In this document: positions 20,683 to 31,690 of the stretch, piece by piece
Numbering within the stretch: position 1 is the stretch's first letter
How the letters are laid out: every line of letters begins with the position of its first letter
DNA from: an uncultured Chloroflexia bacterium
GTDB taxonomy: Bacteria > Chloroflexota > Limnocylindria > QHBO01
DNA length: 64,000 bases
Direction of reading: 5' to 3'
Assembly: GCA_963825525.1 (NCBI GenBank)
Contig: CAWGTN010000001.1
Span: 32,001-96,000 of the forward strand
Notes under the pieces: model-generated
What the model saw: only the letters and a program-made list of their open reading frames with translations
Told to the model about the DNA's origin: nothing
Databases searched by the model: none
Made by a program: the position numbers and the translations under genes

Positions 20683-21030
20683 TCAGCGACCCTTGGTGAA
20701 CCCCCGGTGGACCCCCAGCCGGCGCAGAAGCGTCGGGATGTTGATGGCCCATCCCACGCCCAGCGGACGCGGCGTGAAGATCTTCGGCGACTTCGGGTTC
20801 CAGTACGCGCTGCGCACGGACTCGATGGACGGCATGCGGAAGTCATACGGCACGAAGCCGAGCAGGCGTCCGTTCCAGGTGCGCTCGGCCTTGGGCTTTC
20901 GCATCTCCGTGTAAATGGCGCCCACCACCGCGCCGATGACGGCCATCTTGAGAAGTGATGTCAGGGCGTCGACCTCGTTGCGGGTGGCCTGCGCCTTTCG
21001 CGAGAGATCGTCACGTACGTTGTCGATCAT
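20683..21030 (-). CDS. DUF5808-like small membrane protein
   Basis: AYWNPKSPKIFTPRPLGVGWAIN motif; AGGAGG RBS. Confidence 0.75.
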   Translation of the reverse strand: MIDNVRDDLSRKAQATRNEVDALTSLLKMAVIGAVVGAIYTEMRKPKAERTWNGRLLGFVPYDFRMPSIESVRSAYWNPKSPKIFTPRPLGVGWAINIPTLLRRLGVHRGFTKGR

Positions 21031-21104
21031 GGGTCCTCCTTGGCGGTGCGTCACGCAAGCGCCGTGCCGGGCCCGCCTGCTGCGTAAACTCTAGCGCGCC
21101 ACCC

Positions 21105-22073
21105 ATGAGCACGCCCGAAGCCCTTCCTTTCCTGAGCGGCGACCGCATCCGCGAGGCCGTGCCGATGCCGGATCTGCTCGACGCGATCGAGGCGGCATAT
21201 CGCGACGTTGCCGCCGGCCGCGATCGTTCACCGCTTCGCGCTCACGTGGAGCTCGGCGATGGCTCACTGCTCCTCATGCCCGGCGTGCGGGCGGGCGGGG
21301 ATGGGGCGACGGTCAAGCTCGTCACCGTCATGCCCGGCAACGCCGAGCGGGGATTGCCGACGATCCACGCGCTCGTCGTCTGGTTCGACGCCAGCACGGG
21401 GCAGCCGCGGGCGCTGCTCGACGGGGCGGCCGTGACCGCCATGCGCACCGGTGCCGCCTCGGGCGTCGGCACGCGACTCCTGGCGCGGCCGGATGCCGAG
21501 ACACTGACCGTGATCGGGGCAGGGGTCCAGGCGGAGTGGCAGATCCGGGCCGTTCTCGCCGCTCGGCCCATCCGCCGGGTCCTCGTGGTGGGACGGGATG
21601 CCATCCGCCGCGACGCCTTCGCCGCCCGCATGGCCGATGCGCTGGGCCTTGACGTCACCGGAGCCGCCGATGCGGAGCACGCCGTCCGCCAGGCCGATGT
21701 CATCTGCTGCGCCACGACGTCCTCCGAGCCGGTCTTCGAGGCCGACTGGCTCACGCCCGGCGTGCACGTGAACGGGATCGGCGCGTTTCAGCTCTCCATG
21801 GTCGAGATTCCGCCCGAGGCCTTCGCTCGAGCGTCACTGGTGGCCATCGACTCTCGCGACGCCGCGATGGCCGAGGCGGGGGACGTGGTTGCCGCCATCG
21901 AGCGTGGATTCGTGGCGGCCGATGCGCTGGTGGAGATCGGGACCGTGGATGCCGCCTGGGCCGGTTCTCGCCCGGCCGACGCGATCACGATCTTCAAGTC
22001 GGTGGGCCTTGCCCTCCAGGACGTGGCCGCCGCGGAGCTCATCGTTCGGCGGCTCTCCCGGGATGAGCCCTAG
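21105..22073 (+). CDS. Ornithine cyclodeaminase / mu-crystallin family protein
   Basis: LLMPG, VKLVTVMPGN, TAMRTGAAS, GAGVQA, FKSVGLALQD. Confidence 0.92.
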   Translation: MSTPEALPFLSGDRIREAVPMPDLLDAIEAAYRDVAAGRDRSPLRAHVELGDGSLLLMPGVRAGGDGATVKLVTVMPGNAERGLPTIHALVVWFDASTGQPRALLDGAAVTAMRTGAASGVGTRLLARPDAETLTVIGAGVQAEWQIRAVLAARPIRRVLVVGRDAIRRDAFAARMADALGLDVTGAADAEHAVRQADVICCATTSSEPVFEADWLTPGVHVNGIGAFQLSMVEIPPEAFARASLVAIDSRDAAMAEAGDVVAAIERGFVAADALVEIGTVDAAWAGSRPADAITIFKSVGLALQDVAAAELIVRRLSRDEP

Positions 22074-23218
22074 CCGGCGGCTCGAAGTCCCGCCGGGAGT
22101 GTGGGGAGTGCCCGTTCGATCACGAATCGCGCGATGAGCGCGCGCATCACTGGTGAATAGCGGCGTGACGGCTGGCTGAAGGTCGCGGCTCGCGCTCGTT
22201 CATCGGCCATGCGCTCGAACCGGACGGCGGCGTGATCGGCCATGTCGCGAATGTCGACGACGGCCGTGGTGAGGGCTGGCGCACCGGCGGCCACCGACTC
22301 GATGGTTGAGCCGCCGGCGTCAGCCACTGACACGACGATCGGCTTCGGATTGGCCGGTGGTGGAGGTGGCGGAGCTGACAGGCCTGCCTGGCCACCGCCC
22401 GGCGCCGGGCCGACCGGCGTGGCCGGAGCGGGGGCCGGCGCCAACGTCGGTGCGGCGGTTGGGGCCGGGGTGGCGGGTGCCGGGGTCGCGGTCGGCGATC
22501 CGGGCGCCGGAGTCGAGCTGGGCGGAGGTGTGGGCGCGAGGGTCGGAGCCGGCGTGGGCACAGGTGTCGGAGCGGGCGTTGCGGGCGGCGGCGCTGCGGG
22601 CGGCGCGGCGCTGACGACCACGCCCGTGTAGTACGTCGCCAGGATCTGCGCCGCGCTCTTGCCGGCGAGGCCACACGTCTGCGTGCCCCACTGGAACATC
22701 TGCCAGCCATTGGCGTTGGCGCCACACGATTCGCCCGGGGCGCCGGCGTTGTAGTACGTGGCGAAAATCCGGCCGTTCCTGTGGGCGAGCGTGCCCCAGG
22801 TGGCGTCGACGGCCGACGCCATCGCGGGGTAGGTGGTGCGCGACGGGTCGTAGTGCTGGTCGCGGGTCGAGTCGAAGACGTCGAAGCAGTCGCCGGCGGT
22901 GTTGACGTAGCCGCGCCAATGGATCACCTGGTACCAGGCGTAGTTTTTGACGGCGAGCGCGCCGGATCGGATCGACTCGGTCGTCCATGAGCTGATCCAT
23001 TCGCGCGACAGGACGTTCTTCACATAGGTCCGGAAATCGACCGTGTCGACCGCGCCGGTCGTCGTGCGATAGACACGAATCGTCGCCGGCGGGACCGTCT
23101 CGGATGCGTACGTGCCGCACGGCCCGGCCGCAACGGCGGGTCGGGGACCGGCGGGCAGGGTCGCAAGACAGAGGAGGATCGCGGCGAGCAGGCTCGCCAC
23201 GCGGGGTGATCGCTGCAT
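22070..23218 (-). CDS. Secreted SpoIID/LytB-domain protein with Pro/Thr-rich linker
   Basis: Signal peptide; YVKNVLSREW...ESIRSGALAVKNYA; DSTRDQHY; AQILATYY; PTPAP low-complexity tract. Confidence 0.75.
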   Translation of the reverse strand: MQRSPRVASLLAAILLCLATLPAGPRPAVAAGPCGTYASETVPPATIRVYRTTTGAVDTVDFRTYVKNVLSREWISSWTTESIRSGALAVKNYAWYQVIHWRGYVNTAGDCFDVFDSTRDQHYDPSRTTYPAMASAVDATWGTLAHRNGRIFATYYNAGAPGESCGANANGWQMFQWGTQTCGLAGKSAAQILATYYTGVVVSAAPPAAPPPATPAPTPVPTPAPTLAPTPPPSSTPAPGSPTATPAPATPAPTAAPTLAPAPAPATPVGPAPGGGQAGLSAPPPPPPANPKPIVVSVADAGGSTIESVAAGAPALTTAVVDIRDMADHAAVRFERMADERARAATFSQPSRRYSPVMRALIARFVIERALPTLPAGLRAAG

Positions 23219-23282
23219 GGAGTCCGCACCCTATCGGCCTCCAAACCGCACCGCACCCGACCGAAAGTACCGCGGCCGCGGG

Positions 23283-24163
23283 TCAGTCGGCCCAGCGATG
23301 GACCCGTTCACGGACGGTGTCGAACCCGAGCTCGTCGCACAGCGCCACGAACTCGGCGCGCGGAACGCCATGCCATTCGAGCGAATCGAGGGTCGGCGTG
23401 CGAGAGATGTCGGCGTCGCGGTTCAGGATTGCCAGCCGCCGATACAGGAGCGCATCGGCCCGCTGCTGATCGAGCGTCGCGGCCAGCCGAGATGCATTCC
23501 GCAGAGGCACGTCCCAATCGAGCGCCGAGGGCGGGATGTCCTCGAGATGCTTCCAGCGCGCCAGCACCGCCGATGCGCTCTTGGCACCCCACCCCGGCAG
23601 GCCGGGGAAACCGTCGCTGCTGTCGCCGACGAGTGCGAGATAGTCGGGGATGCTGTCCGGCTCGACCCCGAACTTGCCGATGATGCCGGCTTCGTCGTAC
23701 GTGATCTGCCGCATCCGATCGCGGAGCACGATCCGGTCGCTGGCGACAGCTGCCCGAGGTCCTTGTCGACGGAGCAGATGACGATCTGTTCGATCCGCGG
23801 ATCGCTGCCGAACCGATCGATCGCGGCCGCGATGCCGTCATCGGCCTCGTCGGCGACCATCGGCCAGACGGCCATGCCCAGGGCTTCCAGCGCGCGCTCG
23901 GCGTCGCGGAACTGGGCCAGGAGATCGGGATCCATGCCGGCGCTCGATTTGTAGCCGGGGAAGAGGTCGTTGCGCCACGACTCGATGACGTAGTCAGTCG
24001 CCGCGCCGATGTGGGTGACGTCCGGCTCCCGGAGGAGCGACAGCATCGAGTCCACGATGCCCTGGACCGCGTTCACCGGACGCCCATCCGGCGCTCGGCG
24101 TGGTGGGCGGGAGTAGTAGGCGCGAAAGAGTTCGAACGTGGCATCGACGAGGTGGAGCTTCAT
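23283..24163 (-). CDS. Stand-alone 5'-3' exonuclease / flap endonuclease; frameshift near 23747
   Basis: LHLVDATFELFRAYY, EADDGIA and SVDKDL in one frame; DYLALVGDSSDGFPGLPGWGAKSA (H3TH) in another. Confidence 0.88.
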
Positions 24164-24187
24164 CGGGGTCGAGCATACACATGGGGC

Positions 24188-24215
24188 TTGACACGGTTCG
24201 GGCAGCGCGTATAGT
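24188..24215 (+). promoter_or_regulatory. Sigma70-type promoter of the ArsR-SRPBCC operon
   Basis: TTGACA (24188-24193), 16-nt spacer, TATAGT (24210-24215). Confidence 0.7.
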
Positions 24216-24222
24216 TCCGTTA

Positions 24223-24243
24223 GGTTATATAACCGAAAGGTGA
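24223..24243. promoter_or_regulatory. Probable ArsR autoregulatory operator
   Basis: Perfect palindrome GGTTATATAACC (24223-24234) overlapping AACCGAAAGGT, just downstream of the -10 element. Confidence 0.55.
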
Positions 24244-24248
24244 TCGAG

Positions 24249-24620
24249 ATGGGGAATGCGGACCAGCTCAGCGCGACCTTCGCCGCACTCGCCGATCCGA
24301 CGCGGCGCGCAATCCTCGCGCGTCTGGCGGTGGGCGAGGCATCGGTCAAGGAGCTGACGCTGCTGTCCGACATGACCCAGCCCGCGGTCTCGAAGCATCT
24401 CCGGGTGCTGGAGCGAGCGGGATTGATCGAGCAGGGGAGGCATGCGCAATGGCGACCACGCCGGTTGCGTGCCGATCCGCTCCGGGACGTGGCCGACTGG
24501 GTCGGCACGTATCGGCCGCACTGGGAGGAGCGCTTCGATCGGCTCGACGCCTTCCTCCGCGATCTCAATGAACGGCAGCAACCGCAGGAAGGAACCGACG
24601 ATGACCGCGACCAGGACTGA
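24249..24620 (+). CDS. ArsR/SmtB family transcriptional regulator
   Basis: FAALADPTRRAILARL, QPAVSKHLRVLERAGLI, WEERFDRLD. Confidence 0.92.
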   Translation: MGNADQLSATFAALADPTRRAILARLAVGEASVKELTLLSDMTQPAVSKHLRVLERAGLIEQGRHAQWRPRRLRADPLRDVADWVGTYRPHWEERFDRLDAFLRDLNERQQPQEGTDDDRDQD

Positions 24621-25101
24621 CCGAGGCAGCACCGACTCCACGACGATCTACTCGGAGAACGGTGACCTCACCTACGAGCGCATCTTCGCCGCGCCACGCG
24701 AGGCCGTGTGGAAGGCGAACACCGATGCCGAGCTCATTCCCCTGTGGTGGGGACCGCACGGAACGTCCACCACCGTCGCCGAGATGGACGTTCGTCCCGG
24801 TGGTGCGTGGCGCTTCGTGAGCAGCGGCCCGGATCGCGAGGACGTCGCGTTCTACGGCGAGTACCTCGAGGTGGTGCCGCCGGAGCGCATCAAGTGGACG
24901 TTCATGTTCGACGTCGAAGGTGTGGGTCCGCAGGGCGGGCCCGAGACGCTCACGCTGGAGGATCTGGGCGACGGGCGAACCCTGATGCGGGCCGTGTCGC
25001 ACATGGGATCCGAGGAGATCATCGAGCAGGCGCTGGCGACGGGCATGACGCAGGGCGCGATCGAGACGTGGGATCGGCTGGAGGCACTGTTGGCGGCTTA
25101 G
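24601..25101 (+). CDS. SRPBCC / AHSA1-like domain protein
   Basis: ERIFAAPREAVW, WWGP, MDVRPGGAWR, GEYLEVVPPERI, GMTQG...WDRL. Confidence 0.9.
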   Translation: MTATRTDRGSTDSTTIYSENGDLTYERIFAAPREAVWKANTDAELIPLWWGPHGTSTTVAEMDVRPGGAWRFVSSGPDREDVAFYGEYLEVVPPERIKWTFMFDVEGVGPQGGPETLTLEDLGDGRTLMRAVSHMGSEEIIEQALATGMTQGAIETWDRLEALLAA

Positions 25102-25123
25102 TTGAGCGAGCCTCAACCACGTT

Positions 25124-25147
25124 GACCGGGTCCGACCGGGCCCGGTC
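25124..25147 (+). terminator. Hairpin after the SRPBCC gene
   Basis: GACCGGGTCC-GACC-GGGCCCGGTC stem-loop. Confidence 0.4.
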
Positions 25148-25299
25148 GCTTGGTGAGCGGGAAATCGCGCAGTAAGCCGCTGGTAATCGACGGGGCGCAT
25201 GATCGGCGCAGCGGTGTGGGAAGCGTGCCCTGCGCCGCCGGCCCGGGTTATCCGGCCAGGGCCGGCGGCCCACGCCGCACCATCACGTGGGAGCCCGCC

Positions 25300-26065
25300 G
25301 TGCGATACGAGCTCATCGGACGCGGACTGCGGGCCTTGCGGCATCCGGCACGGCTTGCGCCAGGCAGGACGTCGCCGCAGCGCTGCGGAGCTGAGCCGCG
25401 CGGTGATCTCCGACCTCGAACACGGCCGGATCGAACACCATTCGTTGGCAGCGCTGGTGTCAGCGGCTCATGCGCTCGGGGCGACGCTTCGGATCGACCT
25501 CGGCATGCCGGGCGGTGATCTCCATCGGTTGCTGGATGCCGACCATGCGTGGCTCCAGGCCGAATGGGCAGGGCTGCTCGAGCGTTCCGGCTGGCTGGCC
25601 GAGGCGGAGCGCACGTTCAACCATTACGGCGAACGAGGCAGCATCGATCTGATCGCGTGGCACCCGCCGAGCCGAGTGCTGCTTGTTGTCGAGATCAAGA
25701 CCGTGATTGTCGACGTGCAGGATCTGCTCGCCGGCATCGATCGTAAGGTGCGCATCGGCGAGATCCTCGCTCGGCAGCACGGGCGGACCGTTTCAAGCGT
25801 CGTTCCGGCGCTGATCATTGCCGAAGGCTCGACGTCGCGGCGCCGCCTCCAGTCGCACGCGGCCCTGTTCCGTCGGTTCGCGCTGCGTGGACGTTCGGCT
25901 GTCGCCTGGCTGCGGGCTCCCGCTGCGGGCGTGGCGCCGACGGGGATCCTGTGCATGTCCAAATTGTCAGGTGCGCATCCTGGCGACCGTAGACGCGCTG
26001 GGCGTCAGCGAGTGCGGCTCCGCACTCGGGATCCACGCTCAGAGTCCGATGCTCGACGGGCATGA
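25300..26065 (+). CDS. XRE-type HTH fused to a PD-(D/E)XK nuclease-like domain; indels at 25342-25382
   Basis: GGGAG RBS plus GTG; reconstructed N-terminus MRYELIGRGLRALR(I)RHGLRQADVAAAAELSRAVISDLEHG (HTH_3); C-terminal E.TF.HYGERGSIDLIAW...LLVVEIKT (D...ExK). Confidence 0.75.
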
Positions 26066-26086
26066 CGGCGCCGATATCGCGCCTAG

Positions 26087-26213
26087 CGTCGCCAGGATGC
26101 GCAGGTGACGACAGAACGGCCGCTTGGCGCGGATACCGTCGCCAGGATGCGCAGGTGACGACAGACCGGCCGCTCAGGGCCGATACCGTCGCCGAGATGC
26201 GCAGGTGACGACA
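26087..26213 (+). repeat. Three 27-bp hairpin repeats at an exact 50-bp period
   Basis: CGTCGCCAGGATGCGCAGGTGACGACA at 26087 and 26137, and at 26187 with AG changed to GA; 23-nt interspacers related to each other; inverted copy at 25965-25987. Confidence 0.9.
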
Positions 26214-26222
26214 CGCGTCGCG

Positions 26223-27969
<1,747 letters not shown>

Positions 27970-28037
27970 GGGTTCCATCTTGGGGGCAGGGCCGATGTCC
28001 CCGCAACCGTGACGCCGCAACGTGGCAGGATTCGCCC

Positions 28038-30062
28038 ATGAGCGATGACTTCGATTTCGATGCCTACCTTCGTCTGCCTCGCCTCTCGGGCCTCGGCGCC
28101 TCACCCGACGGCCAACGCCTGGTCGTCAGCGTCGGGCGGCCGGCACCCGATGGCAAGAAGATGCACTCGTCCCTGTGGGAGCTGGATGCCAGCGGCGATG
28201 AGCGACCGCGCCGCCTGACTCGATCCGCACCGGGTGAGAGCGCGGCCACGTTCGCCCGTGACGGCTCGATCCTCTTCACCTCGAGCCGGCCGGATCCGGA
28301 TCGCGGGCCGGACGACGGAGCGGATGACGAAGAGATCTCCGGCCTGTGGCTGCTGCCGCCGAACGGTGGCGAGGCGCGCCTGCTGGCGGCGCCGTCGGGC
28401 GGCGTCGATGCGGTGGTCTCCGCTCGGGACGCCGATGTCGTGGTCTATGCAGCGTCGGTCTTCCCGGGAACCCGGGACGCGGCGAGCGACCTCGAGCGTC
28501 ACAAGGCACGGAAGAAGGCCGGTGTCGACGCGCTCCTGTTCGAGACCGTCCCGATCGGTCATTGGGACTCGTACCACGGACCACGGGAACGGCACCTGTT
28601 CGCTGCGCCGATGCCGGCGGGCGAGGATCGCATCGGCGACCCGAAGGACCTGACGCCGGACGCGGGCATCGCCCTCACCGAGCAGGGCTTCGACGTGACC
28701 CCGGACGGCGCCACGATCGTCACCGGGTGGGTGACGAGTGACGAGATCGGCCGGACCGACTTCGGGCTCATGGCGATCGATCGCGCGACAGGCGAGCATC
28801 GGCGGATCACGACCGAGGACAGCTGGTTCGACAGCCCGGCCTGCTCACCCGACGGCCGCTGGGTGGCCTGCGTGCGCTCGGACAAGGACGTTCCGGAGCG
28901 AGTCGGCGACGCCACGCTGTGGCTGATCGACCTGGCGACCGGGGACGGGCGCGATCTCACCCCCGACCTCGACCTCTGGCCGCAGCACCCTGTCTGGTCG
29001 GAGGACGGGACGGCCATCTGGTTCACCACCGATCGACAGGGCGCCGGTGCCGTGTTCCGCCACGACATCGGCTCCTCGACCACGACCCTCGTGGCCGACG
29101 ACGGCACCTTCACCGACCTGTCGGTCCATGCCGCCGGCGGGCCGGTGGCACTCAGCAATTCGTACGCGGATCCTCCCCATCCGGTTCGCCTTGGCGAAGA
29201 CGGCGCGAGCCAGCGCCTGCGCAGCTTCGCCGAACTCGATGCCGATGCCATCGCGAAGCTCCCGGGACGTGTGGAGCGCGTCCGCGCCGAGGCATCGGAC
29301 GGACAGGAGATCGGGTCGTGGCTGGTGCTGCCGCGCGACGCGTCCGCGGCGGCGCCGGTTCCGCTCGTGGTGTTCGTTCACGGCGGGCCGATCGGCAGCT
29401 GGAACGCGTGGACGTGGCGCTGGAACGCGCACCTGCTGGCGGCGAAGGGCTACGCGGTCCTGATGCCCGATCCCGCGATCTCCACCGGCTACGGCCACGC
29501 CTTCGTCCAGCGCGGCTGGGGCCGATGGGGCGCCGAGCCCTACACCGATGTCATGGCTGCCGTGGATGCCGCTCTGGAGCGGCCAGAGCTCGATACGGAG
29601 CGCACGGCTCTCATGGGTGGTTCGTTCGGCGGCTACATGGCGAACTGGGTGGCCGGCAACACCGACCGCTTCCGGGCCATCGTGACCCACGCCAGCCTGT
29701 GGGAGCTTCGCGGCTTCCATGGCACCACCGACTACGGCCCGGACTGGGAGCGGGAATTCGGCGATCCGTACACGGATCCGTCGCGCTACGAGGAATGGAG
29801 CCCCAGCCGGCTGCTTGCCAATATCCGCACCCCGATGCTGGTCATCCACGGCCAACGTGACCTGCGTGTACCCGTCAGCGAGGGACTGCGGCTATGGACC
29901 GACCTGCGGCGCCACAACGTTCCCGCGAGGTTCCTCTACTTCCCCGACGAGAATCACTGGATCCTCAAGCCGCAGAACGCGCGCCTCTGGTACGAGACCG
30001 TCTGGGCGTTCCTGGATGAGCACGTTCGTGGCGCCGAATGGCGCCGGCCGTCATTGCTGTGA
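28038..30062 (+). CDS. S9 family peptidase with beta-propeller
   Basis: VHGGP, GGSFGG (Ser), HGQRDLRV (Asp), FPDENHW (His). Confidence 0.92.
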   Translation: MSDDFDFDAYLRLPRLSGLGASPDGQRLVVSVGRPAPDGKKMHSSLWELDASGDERPRRLTRSAPGESAATFARDGSILFTSSRPDPDRGPDDGADDEEISGLWLLPPNGGEARLLAAPSGGVDAVVSARDADVVVYAASVFPGTRDAASDLERHKARKKAGVDALLFETVPIGHWDSYHGPRERHLFAAPMPAGEDRIGDPKDLTPDAGIALTEQGFDVTPDGATIVTGWVTSDEIGRTDFGLMAIDRATGEHRRITTEDSWFDSPACSPDGRWVACVRSDKDVPERVGDATLWLIDLATGDGRDLTPDLDLWPQHPVWSEDGTAIWFTTDRQGAGAVFRHDIGSSTTTLVADDGTFTDLSVHAAGGPVALSNSYADPPHPVRLGEDGASQRLRSFAELDADAIAKLPGRVERVRAEASDGQEIGSWLVLPRDASAAAPVPLVVFVHGGPIGSWNAWTWRWNAHLLAAKGYAVLMPDPAISTGYGHAFVQRGWGRWGAEPYTDVMAAVDAALERPELDTERTALMGGSFGGYMANWVAGNTDRFRAIVTHASLWELRGFHGTTDYGPDWEREFGDPYTDPSRYEEWSPSRLLANIRTPMLVIHGQRDLRVPVSEGLRLWTDLRRHNVPARFLYFPDENHWILKPQNARLWYETVWAFLDEHVRGAEWRRPSLL

Positions 30063-30096
30063 CGATTGCGGCACGCCGAGTGCATGAGGAGGCGGC

Positions 30097-30195
30097 ATGT
30101 TTGGATTGATTCGCCGCTTCGTCGTTGGCTGGCTGCTCGTGAGGCTGCTTCGCCGATTCACCCAGGGCTCGTCTCGGACGAAACCCCGCCGCTAG
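30097..30195 (+). CDS. Small cationic amphipathic protein, 32 aa (absent from the ORF track)
   Basis: AGGAGG RBS, then ATG..TAG encoding MFGLIRRFVVGWLLVRLLRRFTQGSSRTKPRR. Confidence 0.55.
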   Translation: MFGLIRRFVVGWLLVRLLRRFTQGSSRTKPRR

Positions 30196-30212
30196 TCCCC
30201 CGGCAAGACCGG

Positions 30213-31164
30213 TCAGCGGGCGCGGGCGGCCTCGCGCTCGAGGATCTGCGCCCGCTTGGCCTCGAACCGCGACGCCTGGGCGTCGAGGTTGGTGAGGAAC
30301 GCGCGAAGCTCGGTGCGGCGCCGCTCGGCCGACGGGTCAATGCCCTCGAGTTCGAAGACGCCCCAATGCGCCAGGAGCGGCCAGACGACGTCGTCGTGAT
30401 GGACCCGCAGGTCGTAGATACCGGCCTTCGCCATCTGGGCGGCCTTGCGGGTGAAGTTCACCATCCCTGATCCGGGCATCTGGAAGTCCATGATCTCGTC
30501 CGCGATCGCATGCACGGCGGCGGACGGGATCGATCTTCATGGCCTCCGACAGCATGTCCCGATAGAAGACCATGTGAAGGTTTTCGTCGGATGCGATGCG
30601 GGTCATGATCCTGTCCGCCACCGGGTCGGACGAGTAGCGCCCCGTGTTGCGGTGGCTGATCCGCGTCGCCAGCTCCTGGAACGCCACGTAGGCCAGGCCG
30701 CGCAGGACGTTGCCACCATCATCGTGGTCATAGGCGGTCTGCAGCTGGTTCATGCGTCCGCGCTCCAGCGCAATCGGATCGATGTTGCGGGTCACCACGA
30801 GGTAGTCGCGCAGCACGATGGCATGGCGCCCTTCCTCGGCGGTCCATCGGTTCACCCAGTTGATCCACGGGCCGTCGCCGCGGCCGAACATTCGGTGGAT
30901 CTCGCGGTGATAGCTCGGCAGGTTGTCCTCGGTCAGGAGGTTGACCTCGAACGCGATCTGCGCCACGCCGCTGATGCGGGGCTGGTCCGGCGTCCAGGGA
31001 TCCTTGTCGAAATCACGGCCCATCGAATACGGGATGTAGTCGTGTGGGAACCACTCCTTGGCCATGCCGAGGTGGCGGTTCAGCAGCATCTCGGCCGCGG
31101 GCTCGAGCTCGGTCAGGAGGTCGCGGGGAGGCGTGAAGGAGGGGGTCTCGATCTGGGTCGTCAT
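30213..31164 (-). CDS. Acyl-ACP desaturase (DesA1-like diiron protein); +1 frameshift near 30527
   Basis: WFPHDYIP, NLLTEDNLPSY, WTAEEGRH, FQELATRISH, DENLH; C-terminus FQMPG...AGIYD in the next frame. Confidence 0.9.
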
Positions 31165-31265
31165 CGGGTGCTCCGGTAGCGGGAAGGCGCACCGCTGACC
31201 GACGCGCAGGAATGATACGTTTGAAGTTTATCGTCGCATGAATCGGGCCAACATGCGCGTCGGCC

Positions 31266-31685
31266 TCAGGTTCGTCGTTGATCCTCGCCGTGGATGCCGC
31301 GCCCCTCGAGCAGGCGGACGAGACCGTCGATGTCGTCGACCGTGACCGTGAGTGACTCCATTCGTCCACCAAGGACGTAGCGAGAGGGGACCCATTCCTC
31401 GAAGCACAGGCACACTCCGCCATGCGTGCTGGTGCCGAAGGTGAAGCCCCGATCGGCGCCGGACGCGTGCGGGCCGATCGCCCTCCAGAAGCGATAGGGC
31501 CCGGTGATCAGGTACCCGCTCACGTTTTCCATCGGCGTCTCGAGGCTGAACGGGCCGAATCGGGCCAGCAGGCGTCCGTCGGCGGTGATGGTGACCTGGG
31601 CTGCGCCCGGCTTGACGCCGAGGAGTCGGAGCGGCCACCGCCACGGATTGGCGAATCTCAGGGGAAAGGTCGCGTCCCCGCTCAT
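31266..31685 (-). CDS. Conserved hypothetical protein (PH-like fold possible)
   Basis: ATG 5 nt after the gdh stop; ARFGPF...TGPYRFWRAIG...FTFGT...LTVTVDD. Confidence 0.6.
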   Translation of the reverse strand: MSGDATFPLRFANPWRWPLRLLGVKPGAAQVTITADGRLLARFGPFSLETPMENVSGYLITGPYRFWRAIGPHASGADRGFTFGTSTHGGVCLCFEEWVPSRYVLGGRMESLTVTVDDIDGLVRLLEGRGIHGEDQRRT

Positions 31686-31690
31686 GACGG

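Noticed and set aside
26087-26213. CRISPR array
   Set aside because: Only three repeats, 23-nt interspacers that are homologous to each other, no AT-rich leader and no cas genes; reported as a non-CRISPR repeat array instead.
27970-28037. Cobalamin riboswitch upstream of the mutase
   Set aside because: The gap is only 68 nt, is shared by divergent promoters and lacks B12-box motifs.
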